DNA of 64,000 nucleotides from Alphaproteobacteria bacterium (GTDB lineage Bacteria; Pseudomonadota; Alphaproteobacteria; JAGOMX01): NCBI GenBank assembly GCA_017993335.1, contig JAGOMX010000003.1, positions 790 to 64,789 of the forward strand, read 5' to 3'. Shown piece by piece: positions 55,680 to 64,000 of this stretch (position 1 is its first letter; each line of letters starts with the position of its first letter). The notes under the pieces were generated by a model. It saw only the letters and a program-made list of their open reading frames with translations, ran no database searches and was not told where the DNA came from. The position numbers and the translations under genes were made by a program.

Positions 55680-56372
55680 TTACTTGTGAAGATCTACTTC
55701 AAGGCCGGGTAGAAACCTTACTTGTTTTTTGCCTGGACTGGATTTTATGACAATAGGCTGGTGGGCTTGTTCTCTTAAGATATGGAGGTCTGTTCTCACA
55801 GGGGACGAAAGACTTCCCATAGCTTCATTAAAAGGAGATTTACTTAAAGGGAAGCCATAGTCTTGGCTGTCCTCATCACTATCATTGGGAGAGGAATATG
55901 GTTGTGCCGTTCTTTCCTCATAACTATCCTCAGGAGAGGCGGACGGTTGTGCTGTTGTGCTGGACAATTCAGAAGGTTCCTCATCTGTTGGGAATTCTTC
56001 ACTTTCATCTTCCATTGCAAAAACGCCACATAAGCTCGAGCTTCGTTGTGGGGAGATAGAGGCTGGTGTCGAGTCCCTCGTGTCGTTTAGCAGGCTTTCG
56101 GGTATTTTTGGCATGATGACCCTCGTGTGTGGGGGGTGCTGCTCTAGCGACGTACTCTTTTTTATCGGGTATTTTACTGGCGAGCGGGGTTGGACAGGCG
56201 CAGGTACTTTATAAAATGTATTTCGTTCTCCTACCGGGAAGACTTCTTCCTCTAACGGAAAAAATACCGGTGTAGACTCTCTTTCTTCAGGAGAATTGTC
56301 TTGTATTCCAGAAGAAAATCCTGGCGTAATGCCCCATAAGATAAAGGTAGCGATCGAGAAAATGAGTTTCAT
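55680..56372 (-). CDS. Secreted acidic Ser/Pro/Glu-rich, predicted disordered protein
   Basis: Start trimmed to MKLIFSIATFILWGITPGFSSG (signal peptide). The rest is low-complexity (PASISPQRSSS, EDESEEFPTDEEPSE) with no recognisable domain. Confidence 0.45.
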   Translation of the reverse strand: MKLIFSIATFILWGITPGFSSGIQDNSPEERESTPVFFPLEEEVFPVGERNTFYKVPAPVQPRSPVKYPIKKSTSLEQHPPHTRVIMPKIPESLLNDTRDSTPASISPQRSSSLCGVFAMEDESEEFPTDEEPSELSSTTAQPSASPEDSYEERTAQPYSSPNDSDEDSQDYGFPLSKSPFNEAMGSLSSPVRTDLHILREQAHQPIVIKSSPGKKQVRFLPGLEVDLHK

Positions 56373-56519
56373 TGTACATAAATCCATTATTCAAATTGAT
56401 CCGGTTTATTAGCAGAATGCGAAAAAAAATGCAAGTTTTGTAGATCACGACTATTTTGTTGAGAGTTGAGCAAATATCGCTATTATAGCGCTAAATGAGT
56501 TGAAGGAAAAAGATTAAAT

Positions 56520-58097
56520 ATGACGCTGAAAATTGCACAAAAAGCTAAGCCTTATGCCTATTATGTTCTGTTTATCTTAACGGTTACGTATATCTTGAAT
56601 TTTATTGATCGGACGATTTTATCGATTTTAGCCGAAGAGATAAAAGCGGGCTTGCGTATTGGGGATGCCAGTTTAGGGTTTTTGTATGGGACGGCTTTTG
56701 CGGTGTTTTTTTCCATATTTGGTATACCTTTGGCCCGGCTTGCGGATCATTGGAATCGTAAGAAATTGATTGGTGCGGGTGTTTTCTTATGGAGCCTTAT
56801 GACGGCTCTTTCGGGTACGGCGACCTCGTTTTTTCAATTGGCCCTCTATCGGGTGGGTGTGGGTATTGGAGAGTCGGCTGCCGCGCCTGCATCCTTATCC
56901 ATGTTGGCTGATTCTTTTACAAAAAAAATGCGGGCGACAGTATATGGGGTTTGGTCGACAGGTGTTTTTATAGGCTCCGGTGCAGGTTTTGCGGTGGGTG
57001 GAGCGACATTAGCGGCTTATCATCGTTGGTTTCCGGATGGAAATGCTCCCTTTGGTATAGCGGATTGGCAATTGTCTATGTTCTTGGTCGGTGTACCAGG
57101 ATTATTGTTGTCTGTTTTTATATTTTTCCTCCGTGAACCCAAAAGAGGGGAGATGGATGGAGTTGAGATACGTCAACAGGATCCTCATGCGTTTAGGTTT
57201 TTTCTGCAAGAATTAGCCGCCGTTATTCCGCCATTTACATTTTATAGTCTCTATCGTTTAGGGGGTAAATCGCTGATGTTGCGCAATATGTTTTATGCCT
57301 TTGATTTAGCGATCAGCGCTTGGGTGTTGACAGGTTTGCTAGGAAATCCGGAGCAGTGGGTGTCCATCGCCTTAGGTTTGTATGCGTTTACGTCTTGGCT
57401 ACAACGTTTAAAAATTATGGATACACCTTGTTATGCGGTTATTTTTCAGGCCAAGGCTATGCGTTATTCCGTTTTAGGTTTCTCCATGATTGGGTTTACC
57501 GTTTATGGGATTGGCTTTTGGTTTACGCCGTATCTCTTGAGGCGGTTTTCCGCCGATCCCCAAGATGTAGGCGCGATGATGGGTATTATTGTTTTGTGTT
57601 CCGGATTTCTCAGTATTCTCTTGGGCGGATTAATATCCGATTTTTTAAAGAAATACACCGTAAAGGCTCGTATTTATGTGGGGATGCTTTCTGTCTTGTC
57701 GATACCTTTATACTATTTGGGCATGAGCGCAACAGAAATACATATGGCGTATTTTTATGCCACAGTAGGTATATTTGTAGGAATGATATGGATTCCCTCG
57801 AGCTTGGCTATGGCGAGTGAGTTATCGCCGCCGCATATGCGTGCCACGGCGATTGCCTTTAACCAGTTAGCCGGAACCCTTATAGGTTTGGCGATGGGGC
57901 CTTATGTGATGGGGCAGATTAGCGACATAATGCGGATGTTTAACTATACAGACGCCGATAGCCTGCAGATTGGTGTGCTGGTGGCGATGCTGATAGCTGC
58001 GCCTATCAGCATGATATTACTGTGGTTGTCGTCCTTGTATGTAGAGACGGAGGAAAAAGAAATTGCACACATCACGCAGGCGGCTGAAAAAAGTTAG
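56520..58097 (+). CDS. MFS transporter
   Basis: 525 aa with 12-14 TM helices and the MFS motif-A-like ADHWNRKKLIG between TM2 and TM3. Confidence 0.8.
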   Translation: MTLKIAQKAKPYAYYVLFILTVTYILNFIDRTILSILAEEIKAGLRIGDASLGFLYGTAFAVFFSIFGIPLARLADHWNRKKLIGAGVFLWSLMTALSGTATSFFQLALYRVGVGIGESAAAPASLSMLADSFTKKMRATVYGVWSTGVFIGSGAGFAVGGATLAAYHRWFPDGNAPFGIADWQLSMFLVGVPGLLLSVFIFFLREPKRGEMDGVEIRQQDPHAFRFFLQELAAVIPPFTFYSLYRLGGKSLMLRNMFYAFDLAISAWVLTGLLGNPEQWVSIALGLYAFTSWLQRLKIMDTPCYAVIFQAKAMRYSVLGFSMIGFTVYGIGFWFTPYLLRRFSADPQDVGAMMGIIVLCSGFLSILLGGLISDFLKKYTVKARIYVGMLSVLSIPLYYLGMSATEIHMAYFYATVGIFVGMIWIPSSLAMASELSPPHMRATAIAFNQLAGTLIGLAMGPYVMGQISDIMRMFNYTDADSLQIGVLVAMLIAAPISMILLWLSSLYVETEEKEIAHITQAAEKS

Positions 58098-59062
58098 TTC
58101 TTTGCTTTTGCCGTTTTTCTTGTCTTCTTAGTAGGTATAGTTTTTTGCGTTTTGGCAACATCTTCAATAAATTTTGCTATACGCAATATCGCGTCTAATC
58201 CTTCAGGGATGATGCCAAAAAATACTGGATAGATATGAATCATGTCTTCTTTTTCGTCTAAAACCACTTGGACGCCGGATTCTTCAGCTTTTTTTGCAAT
58301 TCTAGTCGTGTCGTCATGTAGCATTTCTCGTCCACCACACATCATATACATGGGCGGGAAATTATGATAGTCGCCATAAAATGGGGAGGCTTCAGGATCT
58401 CTAGCGGATGTGCCTTGTAAATAGTGATTGGCAAAACCGGATATGGGGTCATTGCTAAACATCGGATCTATATCGGAACGTGTATACAAAGATTGCCCCG
58501 TAAGCGCTAGATCGGTCCATGCGGAAATAGTTATAACGCAAGAAGGCATAGGTAGTTTGTCATCACGAATTTTCATGATCATCGAAAGAGCCAACGCGGC
58601 GCCACAGGAGTCTCCCATGATTACAATATTATCTGGGTGGTGGCCGGCGGCTAAAAGGGCTGTATATGCCGTTAAGCAATCTTGCCCCAGGATATGATGT
58701 TCATGTTCGGGAGCTGTGCGATAATCAGGTATCCAGACGGTTGAATGGGTAATCTTTGCAAGTTTTGTCGCAAACGGAATAAAAGCATTTTTTAGATCAT
58801 CCAGACCAATGACAAAAGCGCCACCGTGGAAGTAGAGAATTTGTCGTTTGTTTTGAACGGGCGGTGTTGCGATAAGGCTGTGGACGGTGTCCAGACTGCT
58901 GTAATGGATCAACACATCTTTTTCTACAGGACTTAAAAAATAGATGATTTTGGCGAATAAATTATAATCGGCTCGTACGTTGTAAATGGAGATGCCTCGA
59001 CGCAATTTAAAGCGGCTGATTTTCAGCAAAATATTAAAGATGAGTCTTTTGAGATAACGCAT
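58094..59062 (-). CDS. Alpha/beta-hydrolase esterase/lipase (HSL family)
   Basis: 322 aa with the HGGAF oxyanion motif (YFHGGAFVIG) and the nucleophile elbow GDSCGA. Confidence 0.8.
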   Translation of the reverse strand: MRYLKRLIFNILLKISRFKLRRGISIYNVRADYNLFAKIIYFLSPVEKDVLIHYSSLDTVHSLIATPPVQNKRQILYFHGGAFVIGLDDLKNAFIPFATKLAKITHSTVWIPDYRTAPEHEHHILGQDCLTAYTALLAAGHHPDNIVIMGDSCGAALALSMIMKIRDDKLPMPSCVITISAWTDLALTGQSLYTRSDIDPMFSNDPISGFANHYLQGTSARDPEASPFYGDYHNFPPMYMMCGGREMLHDDTTRIAKKAEESGVQVVLDEKEDMIHIYPVFFGIIPEGLDAILRIAKFIEDVAKTQKTIPTKKTRKTAKAKN

Positions 59063-59164
59063 GTCGGACTTTCTCCCTTATGGATAGTATACTTTCTAAA
59101 ATGTTTCAAAGTCATTAATATTTTTTTTCTCGACAAACATCCGCATGTTTCCTATAAATCTCCC

Positions 59165-59692
59165 ATGACATATGAAACACAAGATATTTGTATTGGTAAA
59201 ATTATTGGAGCCCATGGCGTGCATGGGGCCGTGCGTGTGCATGTGTTTTCCGATGATCCGGAATCTCTTTTTCGTTATAAAAAGCTGAAAGATGCGCAAG
59301 GTCATTTGTTTACGGCCAAAAAAATGCGTATGCAAAAAGGATCCGTTGTGATTGTGCGCTTTGATGGTGTTTCGGACCGAAATATGGCGGAGGCCTTGCG
59401 GGGCTTGGAACTGTTTGTGGGTAGAGACCAAATGCCGTCCTTAACGGAGGATGAGTTTTACATCAACGATCTCGTCGGGTTAAAGGTGCAAAACCTAAAA
59501 GGCGAGTGGATCGGTAAGGTAAAGGCGGTCGAAAACCACGGAGCGGGAGATTTTTTATCCATAGAACCGTTTCTAAAAGTATGTGTGCCCTTTACAAAGG
59601 CAGCAATCCCTGAGGTTTATATCCGCCAAGGCTATCTGGTATTGGACGAGAGTTTTCTGGTTATGGACCAGGACCCGCCTTCTGATGTCTAA
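59165..59692 (+). CDS. rimM: Ribosome maturation factor RimM
   Basis: 175 aa with a GKIIGAHGVHGAVRV N-terminus and a PRC barrel. Located upstream of trmD-rplS, the conserved operon order. Confidence 0.85.
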   Translation: MTYETQDICIGKIIGAHGVHGAVRVHVFSDDPESLFRYKKLKDAQGHLFTAKKMRMQKGSVVIVRFDGVSDRNMAEALRGLELFVGRDQMPSLTEDEFYINDLVGLKVQNLKGEWIGKVKAVENHGAGDFLSIEPFLKVCVPFTKAAIPEVYIRQGYLVLDESFLVMDQDPPSDV

Positions 59693-60404
59693 ATCTTCCT
59701 GGCATGTGACATTATTTACGCTTTTCCCTGAGATTTTTCCGGGACCGTTGGCTTGTTCTATTCTGGGGAATGCTCTGGAAAAAGAAATTTGGTCGCTGAA
59801 AACGGTAAATATTCGAGATTATGCAGAAAGTAAGCACAATACGGTTGACGAGCCAGGATTTGGCGGTGGGCCGGGCATGGTGATGAAGCCGGATGTGGTG
59901 GATCGGGCTTTGACGGCTCATTGTTCAGGGCTTGATAAACCTGATGTTTTGCTGTACTTATCTCCTCGTGGGAAACCATTTCATCAAGATGATGCAAAAC
60001 AATTGGCAAATGTAAAAAAAGTTGCTATGTTGTGCGGACGGTTTGAAGGTATAGATCAGCGAGTTCTAGACCATTGGCAAGTTAGAGAAGTCAGTTTAGG
60101 CGACTTTATCCTGGCCGGTGGCGAGGTGGCTGCGATGGCGATCATTGAGGCAAGTCTTCGTTTTGTCCCTGGTGTTGTGGGAACGAAAGCGTCCGTGGAG
60201 GAGGAAAGTTTCTCTCATGGCTTGTTAGAGGCGCCACACTATACGAAACCGCGTGTGTGGAAAGAGATGGCGGTGCCAGATGTGTTGTTATCTGGCCATC
60301 ATGAGAATATAAGAAAGTGGCGTTTAGCAGAAGCTGAAAAAATCACTAAGCTGCGCCGTATGGATTTGTGGGAAAAGTATTTACAAGAAGAGGTCGACCA
60401 ATGA
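59685..60404 (+). CDS. trmD: tRNA (guanine37-N1)-methyltransferase
   Basis: The ORF-track start is inside rimM; I placed the start at [18 protein letters not shown]. It carries the SPOUT-fold motifs and sits in the rimM-trmD-rplS context. Confidence 0.85.
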   Translation: MSKSSWHVTLFTLFPEIFPGPLACSILGNALEKEIWSLKTVNIRDYAESKHNTVDEPGFGGGPGMVMKPDVVDRALTAHCSGLDKPDVLLYLSPRGKPFHQDDAKQLANVKKVAMLCGRFEGIDQRVLDHWQVREVSLGDFILAGGEVAAMAIIEASLRFVPGVVGTKASVEEESFSHGLLEAPHYTKPRVWKEMAVPDVLLSGHHENIRKWRLAEAEKITKLRRMDLWEKYLQEEVDQ

Positions 60405-60850
60405 ATATGTTGCAACAGTTTGAACAAGAACAAGTTAATAAGCTTGCTGCCATTAACCAAATGCCAGAATTTGCCCCAGGCGATACGCTGAAGGTAAGCG
60501 TAAAGGTCGTTGAAGGCGATCGTGAGCGTATGCAGGCCTACGAAGGTGTTTGTATTGCGATCAGCCGTGGCGGTATTAACTCTTCTTTTACAGTGCGTAA
60601 AATTTCGTACGGTGAAGGTGTTGAACGTTTGTTCCCTATGTATTCACCGAATATTAAAGTAGAAGTGTTGCGTAAGGGTCGTGTTCGTAGAGCCAAGTTG
60701 TACTACTTGCGTGATTTGCGTGGTAAGTCAGCGCGTATTGCGGAAAAGACTGATTATGGCCGTTTAGCCGCAAAGGCTGCGGACGCAGCAAAGCGCGAAG
60801 AAGCTCGCGCACAAGCGGTTGCGGAAGCTGCTCAACAACCGGCTGAATAA
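60401..60850 (+). CDS. rplS: 50S ribosomal protein L19
   Basis: Start placed at [11 protein letters not shown].... The L19 signature [30 protein letters not shown] is present. Confidence 0.9.
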   Translation: MNMLQQFEQEQVNKLAAINQMPEFAPGDTLKVSVKVVEGDRERMQAYEGVCIAISRGGINSSFTVRKISYGEGVERLFPMYSPNIKVEVLRKGRVRRAKLYYLRDLRGKSARIAEKTDYGRLAAKAADAAKREEARAQAVAEAAQQPAE

Positions 60851-60901
60851 CTCAATTATAAATGAATAGATTTTAAAATCACCTTTACCTCGCGGTAGAG
60901 G

Positions 60902-61126
60902 CAATACCTACGTATGAAAAATTTAAGAGAGGCGTTTCTGTCCACGCCTGTCATACCTGCGCAGGCAGGTATCCAGCGCAACAAGCGCCTCGAAGAGGCT
61001 CCTTATTATCTTCTTTGCATAAATAAAGGGTTGCTTCGCAACACATAGTTTTCACTGGATACTTGCCTTCGCAGGTATGACAGGTTCTGGTGACATGTTT
61101 TGTGTATTTTTCATGCGTAAGCTCTT
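60902..61126. mobile_element. MITE-like element, family A (copy A3, degenerate TIRs), immediately downstream of rplS
   Basis: The internal sequence is ~90% identical to A2. It is flanked by the direct repeat gcggtagagg (60892-60901 and 61127-61136). Confidence 0.6.
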
Positions 61127-61190
61127 GCGGTAGAGGTGATTTTTTATGTGCGTGAACTATAAGTCTACAGGGTATTTTATGTAAAACATT

Positions 61191-61499
61191 TTACCCACAT
61201 TGAGTCAGTTCTTTTGTTTTCTGCAACAGAATGTGTGCGTTTTTTTCATCCATTATCTTTCCCTTCCGCGTAGATTTTGCCACATGCAAGGCCCAGCCAG
61301 TCAAGTCTTGGGAATCGATTTTAAACTGTAAGGATTCTATTTCTTTTTGTAGGTAAGTGATTTCTTGTTCAATCGATTGGATGAGATTTTTCCCCTCTGC
61401 CGAACATGCGTGACTGGATTCATAAGTTATAAAAAGGGCTAAGTTTAAAATGAATAAACGCATCAAGTCTCTATGAGGTTTTTGTCTTAACCTATTCAT
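61191..61499 (-). CDS. Hypothetical small secreted coiled-coil protein
   Basis: 102 aa with a hydrophobic N-terminal segment followed by a predicted coiled coil. No recognisable family. Confidence 0.35.
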   Translation of the reverse strand: MNRLRQKPHRDLMRLFILNLALFITYESSHACSAEGKNLIQSIEQEITYLQKEIESLQFKIDSQDLTGWALHVAKSTRKGKIMDEKNAHILLQKTKELTQCG

Positions 61500-61544
61500 T
61501 TTGCAATATATTTATGAATATATGGTTAAGGTTGGATGAGGGTG

Positions 61545-62051
61545 TTAATTAAAATATGCCCGCAAGGCGTTTTTGGAGCACAACGGTGTATTGGCCTGGA
61601 TTTGTGTGCTCGAGACACCTTTTTGCAAGTCTGTGACGACGATCAGTTCAGCGCCGATGTGTTCTGCATGCAAAGTTTTGTTAGATATTTCCGGGTCGCC
61701 TGCGGTGATGGCAATGACGTGGGGGTGGATGTCGATGCATAATTGCCTGTATCCAGAAAAACCCACTAAGACGGGTAACAGTAATACGTCATCGACAAAT
61801 CGGATGCAGGATAAATTTTTAGCTCGTTGTTCTTGTGTATGAAAGGCTTTTTTGCATTTTCGGCCTGAAATTGTTTCATTGGGTTCTAATGCCACAACGA
61901 GGTGATCCCCTTGTTTTTTTGCCTGTTCTAAAAATTCAAAATGTCCATAATGCAGTATATCAAAGCATCCCCCAACTAAAACGACACGTTTTGCCTGTGC
62001 AAATGGTAATGAATTTCCCGGTTCATATGCTTGTATAGATGCCAAAACCAT
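61545..62051 (-). CDS. Stand-alone cytidylyl/adenylyltransferase-like protein (RfaE domain II / HldE adenylyltransferase-like)
   Basis: 168 aa with the nucleotidyltransferase (H/T)xGH motif GGCFDILHYGH near the N-terminus. Confidence 0.65.
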   Translation of the reverse strand: MVLASIQAYEPGNSLPFAQAKRVVLVGGCFDILHYGHFEFLEQAKKQGDHLVVALEPNETISGRKCKKAFHTQEQRAKNLSCIRFVDDVLLLPVLVGFSGYRQLCIDIHPHVIAITAGDPEISNKTLHAEHIGAELIVVTDLQKGVSSTQIQANTPLCSKNALRAYFN

Positions 62052-62155
62052 TTTTGTCAGTCCTGTTTTTATCTTTTATTTTACATCAAGGTTGTATCTG
62101 TGGATAGTCTAGAAATATTTATGATCGTAACTATGCAATTTTTTAAACTTCAGAC

Positions 62156-62383
62156 CAGGGCCTACGCATGAAAAAGACACAGAACAGTCACGAGTACCTG
62201 TCATGCATGCGCAGGCAGGCATCCAGCGCGACAAGCGCCTCGGAGAGGCTCCTTACAGTCTTCTTTGCATCCATAAATATAGAGTTGCTTCGCAACACAT
62301 AGTTTTTACTGGACACCTGCCTGCGCAGGTGTGACAGGTGTGGACGTCACTTCCTCTCTTAAATTTTTCATGCGTAGGCCCTG
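62156..62383. mobile_element. MITE-like element, family A (copy A2), with perfect 19-bp TIRs and a 10-bp target-site duplication
   Basis: TIRs are cagggcctacgcatgaaaa ... ttttcatgcgtaggccctg. It is flanked by aacttcagac (62146-62155 and 62384-62393). Confidence 0.7.
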
Positions 62384-62555
62384 AACTTCAGACTTGAAAG
62401 TGGGGGCGCGATTGCAGTATGTCTCTATACTGCTCACCACTATTCCCTTTTATCATACCCCTTATGACTTGTTTATAGGGGGTTTGCTATTGAAAAATAT
62501 CGATATGCACCCTATATCCATATTGTAGGGTGATTTTATTAAAGGATTTTTTAAG

Positions 62556-63005
62556 ATGTTTAAAGGTTTTATGAAAAAAGGTGTTACGGTTGTTTTGATG
62601 ACGTTGGTGTTGCTGGGAGCAGCTCAAGCGGCGGATTTAGAGTTTGAGGCGAGTCCTCGGGTGCAGGCTGTGGCTGTGCAGCCTATCGCTGTGGAAAAAG
62701 CTAAAGACGCAAGCGTTATGACAACGGTTCTAAACGGCGTAAAAACCGTTTGCGATGTAGCGAATGTATATACAGAAAATAAAAAAGAGTTCACCGAAAT
62801 TTATGATGGGTTTGTTCAGGCGAAGAAAACATACAACGACTCTTGTGCAAAACAGCTAGAAGAAGGCAAGCAACTGAAGTGGTACCATAAAGTATGGTTT
62901 GCCGCCAATGCTTACGGCCCAACTTTAACCAAGGTTGGTATGAAACTGTACAACTTCGGTAAAAAAGTAGCCGAATTCGCAGCGGTCGTTATGATCCTCA
63001 TCTAA
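62556..63005 (+). CDS. Hypothetical secreted protein with a C-terminal hydrophobic tail
   Basis: 149 aa with a signal peptide (LLGAAQAAD) and a C-terminal hydrophobic stretch. No recognisable family. Confidence 0.4.
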   Translation: MFKGFMKKGVTVVLMTLVLLGAAQAADLEFEASPRVQAVAVQPIAVEKAKDASVMTTVLNGVKTVCDVANVYTENKKEFTEIYDGFVQAKKTYNDSCAKQLEEGKQLKWYHKVWFAANAYGPTLTKVGMKLYNFGKKVAEFAAVVMILI

Positions 63006-63043
63006 AATAGAATAGCCCTTGGAACCTGTTTCCAGGGGCTTTC

Positions 63044-64000
63044 TTATTTCACCTTGTATTTTCCCTTAAAGGCCCGTTGAAAGCGTTTGATATTTTCTGG
63101 AGACATGCGTACGTGTAGCATGGTTTCCATGTCTTCGTCTTGACGAAGCAAAACATCGCCGTGATCGTATAGCCATGAGATGGCAGCACCTTGTTTGTTG
63201 TTGAAAACAAAGTATTTTTCCACTTCATTTTTGCTTAAGTTGTCATCAATGGCCTGAAGGAGGGCGTTAATGTTTTCCCCAGTTAGGGCTGAAACAGCGA
63301 TGCGATTGCGACTGATGCTGATATCTTGGTCAGCTTGTAATTGGTCCACCTTGTTGAGCACTTCAATCATATTGGGTTCAGTTATACCCAGGTCATTCAA
63401 GACATCTTTTACATCTTCACTTTGTGCGCTGGTATCGGGGTGAGAGATATCTCGCACATGCAAGAGCAAATCTGCTTCTAAGACTTCTTCTAAGGTCGCG
63501 CGAAAGGCGGCAACTAATGTGGTCGGCAGTTGGGATATAAATCCAACCGTATCGGATAGAATCACCGTTTTTCCGGAAGGCAATTTTATGGACCGCATGG
63601 TTGGGTCTAAGGTTGCAAAGAGGATGTCTTTGGCCATGACATTGGCGCCGGTTAAGCGATTGAAGAGGGTTGATTTACCTGCGTTGGTATATCCCACAAG
63701 GGCCACGATTGGGTAGGGTGTGCGCCTTCTGGATTCCCGGTGTAGCTCACGCGTGCGAACGACCGTTTTTAACTCGCGTTTTAAGCGGGAAATGCGTTCG
63801 TCAATTAAACGTCTGTCGACTTCGATTTGTGTTTCACCAGGGCCTCCTACGAACCCCAGGCCACCACGTTGCCTTTCTAAATGCGTCCATGACCGAACTA
63901 AGCGGCTGCGCTGATAGGTTAGGGCGGCTAATTCTACTTGCAATCGGCCTTCAGAGGTGCGTGCGCGTTCGCCAAAAATCTCGAGGATTAAGCCCGTGCG
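63044..64000 (-). CDS. hflX: GTPase HflX (N-terminus lies beyond the window end)
   Basis: G-domain motifs are present (VALVGYTNAGKSTLFN, DTVGF, NKVD). The ORF is open to the window edge. Confidence 0.8.
   Translation of the reverse strand, partial: RTGLILEIFGERARTSEGRLQVELAALTYQRSRLVRSWTHLERQRGGLGFVGGPGETQIEVDRRLIDERISRLKRELKTVVRTRELHRESRRRTPYPIVALVGYTNAGKSTLFNRLTGANVMAKDILFATLDPTMRSIKLPSGKTVILSDTVGFISQLPTTLVAAFRATLEEVLEADLLLHVRDISHPDTSAQSEDVKDVLNDLGITEPNMIEVLNKVDQLQADQDISISRNRIAVSALTGENINALLQAIDDNLSKNEVEKYFVFNNKQGAAISWLYDHGDVLLRQDEDMETMLHVRMSPENIKRFQRAFKGKYKVK

Noticed and set aside
1-64000. Possibility of CRISPR arrays, rRNA genes or prophage integrase/att sites
   Set aside because: No array of short regularly spaced direct repeats with unique spacers was seen. 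The repeats found are MITE-like elements, or intragenic tandem repeats of 33, 72 and ~117 bp. I recognised no rRNA-like conserved stretches and no integrase or recombinase ORF. I did not systematically search for tRNA genes.

Overview
This window looks like chromosomal DNA from a moderately AT-rich alphaproteobacterium. Two alpha-specific genes support that placement: the division-site ATPase MipZ and a GapR/DUF2312 protein. The content suggests an amoeba-associated or intracellular lifestyle (Holosporales- or Rickettsiales-like). Evidence for this is the eukaryotic-like F-box/LRR and LRR proteins, three families of ~150-230 bp MITE-like elements with terminal inverted repeats (TIRs) and target-site duplications, and a fragmented dcw cluster.

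Genes called, in order:
- The dcw block ftsL (3' end)-ftsI-murE-murF-mraY-murD-ftsW-murG. It stops abruptly at an inserted LRR protein gene plus a higBA toxin-antitoxin pair.
- mipZ, a J-domain membrane protein and an Asp-racemase-family gene.
- A large RTX/cadherin-like adhesin.
- A substrate-binding protein translationally coupled to a GltP-family symporter.
- A Q/R-rich lipoprotein.
- A compact biosynthetic cluster: acyl-AMP/CoA ligase, a single-module NRPS (C-A-T-R) and a PPTase.
- CHMI-like tautomerase, zapE and polA.
- An orphan three-gene T6SS-like module: a bitopic SPOR-domain protein, a TssJ-like lipoprotein and a TssK-like protein, ending directly at polA with no tssL/tssM in the window.
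- A GT4 glycosyltransferase.
- An RND efflux pair whose pump carries a ~190-aa tandem-repeat insertion in its periplasmic domain.
- A class-II Fic protein behind a dense array of a 10-bp motif.
- purU, kbl, an SLT transglycosylase, gapR, pyk, a UbiB-like kinase, ihfA, galU, a phosphomannomutase, an MFS transporter, an alpha/beta hydrolase, rimM-trmD-rplS and hflX (partial).

I saw no rRNA genes or CRISPR arrays, and I did not systematically search for tRNA genes. The most notable candidates for undescribed biology are the SPOR-TssJ-TssK mini-module and the FAAL-NRPS(R)-PPTase cluster.
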